This document shows positions 1-13,002 of a stretch of 64,000 nt of DNA, in pieces; position 1 is the stretch's first letter; each line of letters opens with the position of its first letter. The stretch comes from Phoronis australis (Eukaryota > Animalia > Phoronida), in the NCBI GenBank assembly GCA_002633005.1, contig NMRA01000212.1, positions 237,312 to 301,311 on the forward strand, in the 5' to 3' direction. Below the pieces are notes generated by a model that saw nothing but the letters and a program-made list of their open reading frames with translations, searched no databases and was not told the DNA's origin. The position numbers and the translations under genes are program-made.

Positions 1-48
1 AAGGTCCCAGAGACTTGTTTCTTAGTTTGTTTTTACATACCATTGTAG

Positions 49-553
49 TACAGATGATTGCGAAAGTGGGACGTATGGAGAGTTCTTCGCGATGAGCACA
101 ATGAACGCGAGAAAGAAGGCCACCGCCGCAAGGACTGGCAGTGATAAAAGCGAACATCCTAACACTACAGAGGTGACAATACATCGAGATCTGAGTAAGG
201 AACGAGCCTCAAAACTGGACGGCGAGAAGGATGTGGATAAAAATTCACGAATCACTGAGCTTGACCCCATTTACCAAGAGACTGACCCGGCGCAATCACG
301 AAATCTTGCACCATTAACCGAGGACAAATCGAGTCATCCCTACAAGCCCCTGCGCAAAAATGGTTCGTATTCCAAGAAGGGTGTTGATAATATTGCCTAT
401 GATCCGCCTGAAGATGATGACGCGGGCTATGATTCTGTTGACAATGTTCAAGTCTTGCTTGTCGATGACCCCGACAGTGAGCATATATATGACGATCCTG
501 GCAAAATCAATAAGAACGGGGAGAACAAGAAATTCGATGAACACAAATGTTGA
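49..553 (+). CDS. Terminal coding exon of an upstream gene (rest outside window); acidic low-complexity tail with many Tyr motifs, likely the cytoplasmic region of a membrane or adaptor protein
   Basis: Pyrimidine-rich acceptor tttgtttttacataccattgtAG ends at 48; frame stays open to TGA at 551-553 and includes the 153-aa ORF 92-553; motifs DPIYQET, GVDNIAYDPP, AGYDSV, EHIYDDP; AT-rich UTR-like sequence follows. Confidence 0.65.
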
Positions 554-1530
554 TTCCAATTAATTTTATGCATAGCAGATACTGGGTACTGTTTATTTGA
601 AAATGATAATATAATTACGAGGAAGATGGAAGAAAATTATTTTATGTCCAAAAGGGAACCACGTATGGAGTCCCTTTATTAGTCGAGTCTCCAGCTCTTA
701 GCTATAGTAGAAAATATCGTTGAACAACTCTTATCACGGTAATTTTGAATAATAATATATAATAACCGAACAAAGATGTCATAATTTGAAGGGTTTCGGA
801 ATATGATATCTCAAAATTGTGACCAAATTCATTTTGTCATTTTTAGATGTTACACTATGTGTAATTTTCTCCAAACCGCCTTTAGGAGTTGGTTTCAAAA
901 CGTTTTACATTTTCGTAAAGTAATTTTAGATCTTCAGAAGCATCCATGTTCATCAAGAAAGTGAAAGCTGGGACAGTGTTTCATTTTGTTTTGTCCTGAA
1001 CGTTTATATCATGTAATAGCATTGCTCCTTCTTTTCAAATCAGGAATTAACCACCACAAATCATAGGCATAGTTTCAATTAGTTCTTTTTTCTAGACAGT
1101 GTTGGCAATTCTCAAAGTAAAAACTGTTTTATCAATTCACCTGTGGATTTTCTAATGAGTAATACATATCCAGAAATTTCTAAATGTTGCAATGAAATTG
1201 TGTTTTCAGTGACATTTTTGTTTCAGAATATGTCCGCTTTTGTTATCTACTCGATATGCTGCGCAGTTCAGATGTAAATCTTGACTGGTCTGTACATGTT
1301 TATTTTCCCGCATGTATTTTGACAATAAATTACTACTATTATCAATACTATAACTGATAAACCATTGAGCACCACACTGAGTATTATTCAAACATAACAA
1401 ATTTGTTATTCAACAATTAAATCTCACGAAAGAGACTGAGCAATGTAACAGCGGGAGAATGTCGCTGAAGAACGAAGCACTAATTTCAACGATTCAGATG
1501 CGCCGTAATGACTACATTTCACATTGTTCC

Positions 1531-1536
1531 TTTATT
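1531..1536 (-). terminator. Candidate polyadenylation signal (AATAAA) of the TEX45/SAXO5-like gene
   Basis: TTTATT on + strand, about 87 nt downstream of the stop codon. Confidence 0.4.
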
Positions 1537-1622
1537 ACACTCCGTGAATGACGAAAGGCAGGTCCGGGCCCTCATGCCACCCGAACTGGAAGATGAAGTG
1601 AATCAACGAGTCGTAGTCCATC

Positions 1623-4600
1623 TTATCTTGGTTCCAGGTGTACCTTTCCTGACATCAACTCAGGTTTTATGTAATCACATTTGTTTGTAGTGGTCCAATT
1701 ATTTCCTGCAATGTAAATCGTAATCTTAGTACACGTTCACACAGTATTAATCTGTATTCAAATGAACCCGGCAATGCAGTGTCTTGATTACGTCACAGGT
1801 CACCATTAATGCAGTGAATGCAAAAAGCCGCTTGCCGTGATATTCTGGATGGAAATTCCAGTTGAAATTTAATGAATGTAGTGGTGCATCCGATCGCAGA
1901 AACAAAAGTTAAACTTTAACCGTTCCCTTGTAAAAGTACGCAAATTTTGAGTTCTATTTTTTCTTGACAAACTATCTAAATACTAGCCAACTGATGTATC
2001 TCTACAGAGTATTACTGGAATATTGTTGTTTTTCAGTAAGATTTTCATTATTTGCTAACGAATATCGCTCACGGACATAAGTGGTTGACTTTACAAGTCG
2101 AAGCAATGAACGCAACAAAAAGGGCGCTGAGTCGGACTTTTAACGTAACAACACATTTTAGAATTTGACAAGAGTTGGAGATGCCTTTATTTCTATTTTC
2201 TAAAAATCTAATCCGATCTCTATCTCTTAAAAGTAAATTTGAATTTTGAATTAGCTACAAGGCTTAGTTCAAAACTCCTTGTCAAAATTACAATAATAAT
2301 CTTAGACTGCCAAAACCAAACTTACTGTTAGAGGTGTCCATGTGAAAGTAATGACCCTGTTCGATTGGAACTTTCAGTTTTTCAGATGCTTTAATTTGGA
2401 TTGTCTGTGCGTCTGTGAATCTACAAGAGAATAGATGTTTTAAAGTAAAATCTAAAATATAGTCTAACGGCTTTTAAATCAAACACAATTTCGTGTTACT
2501 TGGGCTAATGGTTCGACACACACTTTGCAACTGCGTGATCAGCGGGCAGCGCGGAGTGGCGTAAATGAACTTTATAAGATTAAGTTTAATATCAAATATA
2601 GAACTTTGGACTCTACAGAAATATCAAGATTGCCATCATGATTGTTGCCGATCCATCAACATTCGTCAACAATGACAGCCCGCTGAGTTCTGCTGGCTTG
2701 AGCAGCGGGACGCAACAGGCTGGGAGTTGTCAACGGTAACGTAGTTACACAAGATCTGTATATCTATAGAATTTTTGGGAGTCGTCTTTTCTTGCCTTTC
2801 TTCAATCAGGCGAAAATAGAAAACTTGTTTTTCGAGATAGAGATTTGGCTGAGTTGAGAAATTTCCCGGGTTTCAGTTACTATCATAGAAGAAGTGATAA
2901 AACACGACACCTACCTTCTGTTTCCCATAGGAACGTAGTCAGCTTTCATAACAGAAGACTGGTGAACAGGTAGCGTGGGCATTGACCGGCTGACGTACCA
3001 ATCCTGTGCAACAAGGCTTTCCATGTTACTAGTTCTGTGCGGATCGGGCTTAAAATCCTGGGTATTATCGCTTGTGTTTATATGAGTCCAATTGTATTTA
3101 GGAATTATTTCAATTTTTCCAGCCGGAGGGACCTTCGCGTCCATTTTTGGTCGTCCATGGAACTCTGTTCTTTGTTCAGTTTTGAATGACTTTGAATCGT
3201 CACCAAACACGAAATGGGCGTTCTTTCCGTTCGATACGCGTGCCTTTTGTATTGTTGTGCTTTCTTTTAGCCTGTCTTTGCTTAAATGTGGCCCCAAACC
3301 ATAACTTTTGAAATTGTCCTAGAATAAACATACATCAATAACCATACATTAGGTTTGCGCACGTGACCAGTGACATACACGGTATAGAAACAGGAGTATT
3401 ATCAGTAAAATGATACGTTAGTGATATTACATCGATAACTAACGACAGTTACAAGTTTTCACGTTCTACAATGCTTATAGTTTTGCTACTCAGTGTAACA
3501 AACAGTGCTCCACACATGAAGACGGAAATACTGACATGTACAAAGTGCTTCGATGATTACTGTTACTATAACGCAGTTGTTCACGAAACTAACACAGCAC
3601 GATCTTTCACTAACGTCACAAAAATAGTTTTGTTTCATTGCAAATGGCCACCCGTTTAATCAAGTATGCAGGCTTACCTGGGCTTCTGTTGTTCTTTCCA
3701 AAGGTGGATGGTTTGTAGCGCCATGTGTATGCAGAAAATTGAACTTCGTATCTTCTGTTTTTAGGGGCGCCATACTTTTGAAATCTTTCGACGGAGGCTT
3801 ATAGTTGTCATGTGCCACTGTAATGTTAAGGCGAAATTTACTCGAAATGCTACAAGAACCCGCATTGTTTGTATTGCTGACAAAACACTAAGCTGCGTAA
3901 TACAAAATTGCGTCGATTTTTGTACTTTGCAATTTGAAGATGATTTTCCATTTAATGTTAAATCTACACTGCATTTCTAAAACAGTCAAACTCTAAGTTG
4001 TGAACTTAACAAATTTAACGTTTGCAAGAAAATGTTGACTTTAATTATTTAATGAATTTATGAGATGCAATATCTTTAATGATAATATCTTACGTGATGT
4101 CTGCCTTTCACTGGCATGCCAAGACGGGTCATAAGAGAAGACCACGTTATTTCCGTGACGTTTTGCCATGTTCTTCAAGAACTCGTTCTTTCTGTTGGGA
4201 TTCTGTGAACAAACAATTTATCCAAAATAGGTAATCATTATTTACACAATTTACTCTTAACTAAGATAATTACGTGCGTCTGAAGAATACGGTACCGTAC
4301 ACATAGAGTATGAAGGGTAACTTTCAGGTTCTAATGCTCAGACGGTGGACTTTTATGGCAGTTTCCCTGCTATCTAAGGTTACCTTTCGAAAAAGGTTTT
4401 GTTCTATGTTTATAACAGAAACTTTCATTTTGCTACAAAATTACTTCTAACATTCAGAATACTTAAAATACTTAAAAATAATCTTTCGGGAATATACTCT
4501 GAGCAAAAAATATTCCGAAGTATTTATTGTTGTGCACAGACTGTTGAGCATGCGCTCTTACCATGGCGTGAGAAAGTTCAGCTGGGTTGTCGCTGAAGAA

Positions 4601-7600
4601 GGTATTGGTGGTCGTGCCTCCGAAGCTCGCGTCCTCGTCGCGTTGTAAAACTTGTGAATCCTTTGGCCTTGGCACGTGATTCTTGTCACGGTGTTGGCCG
4701 GGTAAGAAATCTTTGTTGTAAACTGTCTTGTGTAAATCGTTGTGATTGCCAAACTGAAAATATGACACCTTTCTAATGACCACCGTCCAGGTGAAAGACA
4801 AAGTCTAGGTTTTAGAAACAAACGAATTAATACACGTGCATAGACCTGCTTGTTTTTTTCTTCGGTTAACTAGTTTATGATACTCTTGCCTTCGTTTTCA
4901 CCAGCTTAGAAACCACACTGAATCTGTCCAATCAAAGTAGAACACTAGGAGAGGAGAATTTTGAAAATTATATCCCTATAATTTATGAATATGCACTTTT
5001 ACTATCGATTTGCTCAAGTTTTTAAAAAGTGATATTCAGGTGCCATTCATCTCTCGGTGCTAGTTTGTAGGGACAACACAAGAAATTCAAAAATTAATTT
5101 CTGGTTTTGATTTAATCGAATTTAAGTTCTGCTTATTTTGAAATAGTGACATGTTGAAGGAGGTTTTGCAATGAAATTTGCAAATGCGAATTTGAACTAT
5201 AATGAAGTGTGGAAAGACTATATTTAACACACAACTCTCCTGTGTAAAGTTATTTATAACTTGGGAGTAATCGCTTATAGCAGCGCTGGCTTCTGTTTAC
5301 AATTCGAAATTACGTAATTTTCGAAGGCAGGCTTACCTCGAAGTGAGCGGTCGTGTGGTATGCTTTCTCGTCAACAGCCGTTTTTGACGCATCAGATGAC
5401 GTCATCGCATCCTTCACTAGACTCGGTACTCGGCTAATTGTCTCATTTTGTCCTTCCGAATGGGTAGCCCTGAAATATAGTAGGAATTCATTTACTGTTT
5501 GTAGTTGCTAAATCAAGAGTAAAATTAAATCATAAGAAATATACGTATTAAGAAATTTCTTTTCGTTTTGAATTACTCAAAAACAATGTATTAAATACTT
5601 ACCCATCAATCGGAGGCAGTTTGTTGCCGATTTCATTTTGACGGCAGTAGTCTGTATCGTGGGTGGAAGCCATACTTTGTTCTACAACGCAATATCGTTA
5701 TTTTAGTAAATTAATTTTTTGTGTTCAGGCCTGAACCGTAAAGTTGTTCATTTCCGCTAAGTGTACCGCTCGAAATCAACTGAAAATATGAGCTTTTAAC
5801 CTGCTAAACAGAAGTCCAGGATTAAAAAATCCCTTTGTTATGATAGCATCAGTGTCAAATCTCATTTGGAACTGAGTTGCAGCCAGTGATTGGGAGCGGA
5901 CTAGATAGCCATGTGATTTTTATGAAGCGTTTTTGACTCGTAAATGCTTTGGATTTCCAGTGCGATATCATGACAGCAATAAAGTTCAATCGTGGTAAGG
6001 AGCCTCGCGGGAACACCTAATCAGAAAAAGTGCTGCCGCTGAAGAAGATGGGGAAAATTGTAAAGAAACGTTATGAATTGGCGAGGTGGAACTTTTTCTC
6101 CCATCGGTTTTTCAACTAATATATGAGGGTGACCGAGGTTTGTCTTAACATTTACTGCGTCGGTTAGTGTTTTAGCGTAAAAGCAGGTATATTTGGTATT
6201 AATTATTCATACGTTTACTTAAAGACAATCTTTTCGATTCATTTTGTTTAAAAATGCAACGAAACGAATTTTAAGGCAAGCCAGTTTAGTCAAAACATAT
6301 TCACAAATAGAGCTCTTTCAATATGAGCTCATTTTTTCAATTTAAGCAAAATTTAATAGAGATTGATTAAGTTCAACTTTGAATTTCTGCCGGTGTACCA
6401 ACAAAATGGCCGCAACAGATGAATGCATCTGAGCTTATCTTTCTACTTTTGTGACATCTTCCGATTGATGAGACTAGTTTTGTGTTCTGAACTAGTGAAA
6501 ATTAAGGAAACAGTTCTTATATTTTATGCTGCCTAGTGACGTAAACTGACGAGTGTCTACTTACTGGCGTCGTTGTAATCTCCTTTACGAAACACGTTTG
6601 AATTCTGCTCCATCGTCTTCATAAACTTGGTAATCTGCCGTGTTTGTTCCAATTTTTCCGTTAAACTGCTCGAGCCAGGCCTTCTCGCTTTAAAATCCAA
6701 AGTCCTGTTATAAGCGTATCCGGCCTCCGTTTCCATACGCCTATGGTCATTGCCCAAATCCACACTAATGCCTGGTTTTAGCGCATGTGGCGCCAGGGGC
6801 AGCTGGAGCTTGGACGTGTCTCGTCTCGGGAATAGCGGTTGACGTGACGGATTGTTGTCATTCATCTTGTATGTAGACGTGTATTCCGATTTTGTCATGC
6901 AAGGTTGGGTAATAAACTGCGGTGCCATATCCGTCCAGTTCACTGTGACGTTTGGTTTGTGAATGAGAGGCTATACGGGAAAAATACATTTATTATGATA
7001 ATTGTGAAAAACGTGGACTTTTAGCGCACTATTAACGGGGGATCCCTCAGGTGTATTATTAATTAAAATTTAACATTAAAATTGAGATTGACCTGTGAGA
7101 GTTTCAGTAATTACATTCATTACCATCTGATTGTTAATCGCGATTGTTGAGGAGTTTCACCAGTAGCCGTCGGCGCTATTCAATCGATTGTGTGCCTGTT
7201 ACTTGTCATAAGTAGCCTAATAAATCTAGTATGGTCTGCTTAGTGCTTAATGGATTTCTAGTATGACTAAAATTCAATAGTTAAGAAGAAAAACAATTAC
7301 ACAACGCTTTATTAAATCTTCAATGTGTTTACTTACCTTGTTCGTATCTTTTTCTGAATACGTTTCCTTAGTTTCCGATCGTTTGTAAACATCATTTGGA
7401 ACCATCCTTCCACTTTCATTTCCAAACTCGAAGTGTTGCTTAAGTTGTAGATTTTTATCTTGGTACAGCAAACCAGTCTTTTCAGGTATACTACCCTAAA
7501 AATAAGAAAATGACTATCAAGTCATATGTCGAGTGATGTTTTGAACACGCATTTACCCCACATTGTAATGGGAGTTTTCAATGATCTACACCTTATGGTA

Positions 7601-8991
7601 AAACAAGTAATTAAAAAAAAAACTATTGCATTTATTTTTTTATTCCCATGCTAAAAATGTTAAACGGCATGCGTGGCAAATGTAAATATTCGTTAAGAAA
7701 GAGGATTCGTTTTTGGAGTTAGCACGAAGGAAAGTTATGAAGGAAAAATACATTGTGCATTATCGCAGAATATTTGAATTTTTGCCCAAGAAGAACACTG
7801 CATGTGAACTTAAAAATATTCTTGAAGCTCAACTGCCCCGAATAACTTCCCGTGGGACGTCTCGATCAGTTCGTGTAAACAAACCGAGTGTCTTGTTAGG
7901 GGAGCCCTTATTTTGTGTCAATATAAAACACAAATACGGCCGGGCAACAAATGGTTCTGGTCAATAAAACGGATACGTGCGTATTATTCGTTAAAACGGA
8001 ATTAAACATCTCGTGGAAACGAGATATTCGTGTGTACACATCGAAACGAGCTAAACATTTTGATGATAGATTCGTCGCTTGGTGCGAAAAATACGACCAG
8101 CTTCGCTAATCGGCGTGTCTTTTCAATAAATATCCTTCTGAATTCATGAGAATTTTGAACGACTGGTTTATTTAGCCACCATGACAAACGTGTTACAAAA
8201 CAGAGGACAAGATAAGACGATTGAAATAAAAATTGTAGTGCAAACAAAAATGACTGGGAGGAAAACATTGGAAAAGAATGACCAGATTTGATTTTCACTA
8301 TGACCCAAGACTTTTACTTTTATATTGTAAAACAGTTCGTTCTCATTAATGTCCATTTAACACTGCCGGGAGGTTAATGTTCGCATGGATTACTTGTTAA
8401 AGTGAATCACTATTTAGAAATATTACGCACACCATGATAAGTGACAGATGTGATATCAAAGTAAATGATGGGTTAGCAATTTGTCTACTAAACGTTTTGA
8501 GTTGGAAGTCAGTGATGAATTATAGTAAAAATCCCCGTGACAAAAGTGAGAGTAATAATTCATTATGGAAATCCGTTAATGAAGAAGATATTCCTTTAAA
8601 CAAATCACCATAGTGTTGATTTGCCATTATTAACATTTTTAATTAATTATAGATTTCATTAATTCATGATTAAATATTTCTCACTGCCCTTTGATTTATA
8701 ACAACTCGTGATCTAGCCAGTTTTTAATTTATCAAACAGGAGTTACCCAAGTTGACGTACCACTGCAGAATTACAAATATGTCTTACCTTGTAATCCACT
8801 TTGGTAACAGTTCTCCAAACTCCTTGGTTGAGTTGATCTTGCTTATAATTATATTCGCCTTCATTTAGCACATTTGTTTTGCTCATCAAGCCCTTTACAA
8901 GATGCCCTTTTCTCGGAGCTACACCCGGGCCATATAAATTGTGTCTTTGCGTCAAAGCAAACGTATTTAAGTCACTCGTTGCCATTGCCAT
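1623..8991 (-). CDS. Complete 11-exon gene, 667-aa repeat protein resembling TEX45/SAXO5-type ciliary microtubule inner proteins
   Basis: Exons in transcript order: 8991-8788, 7495-7337, 6970-6565, 5681-5603, 5469-5337, 4753-4562, 4202-4094, 3817-3678, 3318-2915, 2420-2326, 1705-1623. All introns GT-AG, phases consistent, total 2004 nt, ATG to TAA. Recurrent unit: HFEFGNES..SETKETY, VDLGNDHRRMETEAGYAY, AHFEFGNHNDLHKTVYNKDF, AHFVFGDDSKSFKTEQRTEF, HYFHMDTSNRNNWTTTNKCDY. Gene structure is well supported; family assignment is only from motif resemblance. Confidence 0.8.
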
Positions 8992-9501
8992 GAATTTTCT
9001 TTTTAATTCGACGATTTCCTATGGTTTAGTGTGAAGACGTTTTCGGACCGCCTATCCGAACTCAACGCAGACGATTTGTGACCAATGCAACCACGTCAAG
9101 TGTAAATGTAAACGCCGAGTCGCCCTGTTGTTGCGGTCGCTAGGAGACTGGGCATTCAGGGCCTGTGGTTTTGTTCCACTGAATAGACGGTCTTGTTTAG
9201 TAAAGTTATGATATTGACTGCGATTAGTTTGACCAATAATCGAAGTAACAGTGGCCACAGCTAGAGGCTTTTGTTGAGAAAGCAGTAATAATTCTAGTTT
9301 GCTTTGAGCCCCTGGCGTTTACAATGTCAAAGTAGGATTCTATTTTCACAGGAGCACATAGGATGGCCGGAAAATAAAAATACCTACCGGCGGGGTGCTG
9401 TGTATATTACGGAACAAGTGGTTGGTGTGACAAATCAACAACAAAAATATAAAGAAAATCTTTGTCATTACTAGGAGCAGTAGCACTGAATGGAACAGGA
9501 G

Positions 9502-10513
9502 ACAAACCAGGCGAAATTTTGACAAGAATAATTTATCAACACGGTCTAACAAATGATTTTGTAGGTAGACTGCATTGCCCTATTGTGATCAAAATACAAC
9601 AGCTGGGACGCTCACGTGATTTAAATGATTCACAACAGACTTTTCTCTCCTTACTTCTTGTTCAGCGTGTAACGTGCAACCGTGCATTGTTTTCTCTTAA
9701 AAAACAGTTGTGACGAACGAAGACTTGTTCTAGAGCAGTTTTTGGAACAAATGTTACCAAGTACAGCGGTTTGTCTGTTCTAGAAACATAAGTAAGCTTA
9801 ACTATTTGTTGTTTTTTTTTCGGAAATCAGAAATTTTGAGTAAGATAAATTTTAAGGTATACTGAAATTTACGACAATAATATAAATGAGGCCTCTCTTC
9901 CGGGCATACATATAAGGGGCACATTTCTATGCAAAAAATAGCAGGGTTGTGTCATTTTTCATATCCCTGACAGATGAGCTGCTAAAAAATTTTGAAAATT
10001 GCAGTGAAAACCCACGCAGCGCTTTTGAAGTTTATTAATCGTTATAGTTTATTATTTATGTCTGACAACAGTATTTGTTTTCAAAGGAAAAGTTTTTTCA
10101 GTATACAATCTAAACACAAATTAAAAGCTATTTTTCTAAAATTTTAATTTTGTATTAAAATATCTGCAGTAAGCGTTGTGGGTATTGGTCTTAGTGTGCA
10201 GTTTACCCGATTATCGCAAAGGAGAAATCTATGAAAACAACTCTTCAATTTCACGTGTTTCACATCAGTTTCAGGTTTTATTGAACATGAAAAGTCTATA
10301 TACTTCCGTCAGAATCACAAAATATTGTTATTATTTTGCAGTTATTTTTTGTGGAAAAGTTCTCTTCTACTCACCTGGTTGGAAATTTTGGCTTTTTGTT
10401 ACTGCACAAAGGTAGAATTCTACCACCGCATATTGTTGAATATCTACAATTTAATTACGGCATACAAAGCTAGAATTCTCACTGGTGCCAATCGGAAATT
10501 GTTGAATATCTAC
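9502..10513. repeat. Copy 1 of a ~1-kb direct duplication
   Basis: Runs from acaaaccaggcgaaattttgacaagaa to ggtgccaatcggaaattgttgaatatctaca; collinear with 10922-11980 with scattered substitutions and small indels. Confidence 0.9.
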
Positions 10514-10674
10514 ATTGTACATAGGCGGATTTAGGGGGGGGGCAGGGGGCCAGCCCTTGGCTGCCGGAAAAAATAAAACAGCAAGAGCGTAGGGAAATGT
10601 TGAGTTAATTAATTAACCCCGGTAATTAACATTATACGGCGGAAACAAGATTTTAATGTGTGCAGTTTCAGTGT

Positions 10675-10921
10675 NNNNNNNNNNNNNNNNNNNNNNNNNN
10701 NNNNNNNNNNNNNNNNNNNNNNNNNNNNNNNNNNNNNNNNNNNNNNNNNNNNNNNNNNNNNNNNNNNNNNNNNNNNNNNNNNNNNNNNNNNNNNNNNNNN
10801 NNNNNNNNNNNNNNNNNNNNNNNNNNNNNNNNNNNNNNNNNNNNNNNNNNNNNNNNNNNNNNNNNNNNNNNNNNNNNNNNNNNNNNNNNNNNNNNNNNNN
10901 NNNNNNNNNNNNNNNNNNNNN
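10675..10921. other. Assembly gap (N run)
   Basis: Run of N between the two duplicated copies. Confidence 1.
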
Positions 10922-11980
10922 ACAAACCAGGCGAAATTTTGACAAGAACAATTTATCAACACTGTCTGACAAATGATTTTATAGGTAGACTGCATTGCCC
11001 AATTGTGATCAAAATACAACAGCTGATTTGAATGTTTCACATCAGACTTTTCTCTCCTTACTTCTTGTTCAGCGTGTAACGTGCAACCGTGCATTGTTTT
11101 CTCGTAAAAGAACAGTTGTGACGAACAAAGACTTATTCCAGAGCAGTTTTTGGAATAAATATTACCAAGTACAGCGGTGTGTCTGTACTAGAAACATAAG
11201 TAAGCCTAACTATTTGTTATTGTTTTTTTCAGAAATCAGAAATTTTGAATATGATAAATTTTAAGGCATACTGAAATTTACGACAATAATATAAATAAAA
11301 AATTTATGCCCGCTCCGAGGCCTCTCTTCCGCGCACACTTATAAGCGGCACATTTCTTTGCAAAAATTAACAGGGTTGTGTCATTTTTCATATCCCTGAC
11401 TGACGAGCTGCTACAAAATTTAAAAAATTTCAGTGAAACTCCACGCAGCGCTTTTGATGTTTATTAACCGTTATAGTTTATTATTTACATCTGACAACAA
11501 TATTTGTTTTCAGAGGAAATTTTTTTTTTCAGTATTACAATCTAAACACAAATCAAAAGCTATTTTTCTAAAATTGATATCTGCAGTAAGCGTTGTTGGT
11601 ATTGGTCTTAGTGTGTAGTTTACCCGATTATCGCAAAGGAGAAAACTATGAGAACCCCTCTTCAATTTCACATGTTTCATATCAGTTTCAAGTTTTGTTG
11701 AACATGAAAAGTCTATATACTCCCGTCAGAAAACACAAAATACTGTTCTTACTTTGTAGTTATTTTTTTGTGGAAACGTTCTCTTCTACCCACCTGGTTG
11801 TAAATTTTGGCTTTTTGTTACTGCACAAAGGTAGAATTCTACAACCGCAAATTGTTGAATATCTACTTTTTAATTACGGTATAATATGGCTACCACCTGA
11901 AATATTGTCGAATATCTACAATTTCGTTAATGTACGAACCTAGAATTCTGGTGCCAATCGGAAATTGTTGAATATCTACA
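10922..11980. repeat. Copy 2 of the ~1-kb direct duplication
   Basis: Same start and end sequences as 9502-10513; internal subrepeat (tagaattcta...aaattgttgaatatctaca) occurs 2-3 times at the 3' end of each copy. Confidence 0.9.
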
Positions 11981-12954
11981 AAGATGTTAGTCGAAGGTAG
12001 AACTCTACAGTCGGTTGATCAACAATCGCCTTCATTGAGCGAGATCAGTTTGTGGTCGGGAAACGGTCAAAAAAAACGAGAATTTTCGTCAATTAAACCC
12101 TATTATTAAGTTCGGAGATTCGCAGTCATTCATTGGTGTGTAAAACTGCAACAGTGTTTACTACAGGATCGCGACAAGAAGAGGTTGGCGTCATCTGGAC
12201 AGCAATACAAAAGTCGAAGTCGAGGAATGAGTGGTGCCTCTGCAACCGGTACCTGACTAGGATGGGCATTTTTAGCTTGAGAATGACCTCCAATAAACTA
12301 ACTAACCGGGCACTTTGGTTCTCTTCGGTGCACTCGCCCCTATTTACCGCAAATATGGGGTTATTTTTTAGATTTAACTATATAGTGGACTGCTTTTTAA
12401 TGGAATTTGAGAGAATTTTTTTTGGGGGAGGCATGNTTGGTTCTCTTCAGTGCGGGTGCAAAATTAACCGCAAAAACAGGGTTATTTTTATGCTAAAACG
12501 CAATGCGTGACTATCTATTTATGGAACCCGGGAGAATTTTAGGGAGACCATGGCCCCCTTGCCCCCCCGCTCCCCCTCACGCCACTGTCTACTTATTTAT
12601 TTTTCCACTATTTTGTCTGTAGAAATGGTTACAGCGTTATGCGTTTTTAGTATTCACTGTTATCGCAAGCGACATATTGTATAGTGGAGAGAAACAACGG
12701 AAATAGAGTAGATACGTACCACGGACTATTACACCAAGATACATAAAATCAATGCTGTGCTAAGAGAGTTCCAAAATGCGATAATATTGAGCTTTAAAGT
12801 TAAACGGAAACTTAGAAATGCAGAATGAAATTTCTTCATCGGAAGTGCTAGTATTGGATTCACCTATTGTGTAAGTAATAGGCACGGGCCCCTTATTAAA
12901 ATGAACCAAGCCACTCTTGTACTGAAAAATCGAGGCATGTTTGTTTAACTCACT

Positions 12955-13002
12955 GCTCAACCAATAGACGGCGTTTCTGTCACAAATTGTTTACAAATGG
13001 CG
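12955..13002 (+). promoter_or_regulatory. Putative NEK9 proximal promoter elements (CCAAT box; YY1-like CAAATGGCG overlapping the start codon)
   Basis: aaccaatag at about 12959-12967 and caaATGgcg at 12994-13002, in a CpG-retaining region; short motifs only. Confidence 0.35.

Noticed and set aside
8975-9250. RFX X-box upstream of the putative ciliary gene
   Set aside because: Only partial matches (gttgccattgcca, atttcctatggttta); too weak to call.
10609-11094. Long ORFs in the track spanning N runs (also 25504-26227 and 38308-38863)
   Set aside because: Artefacts of translating N gaps as X.
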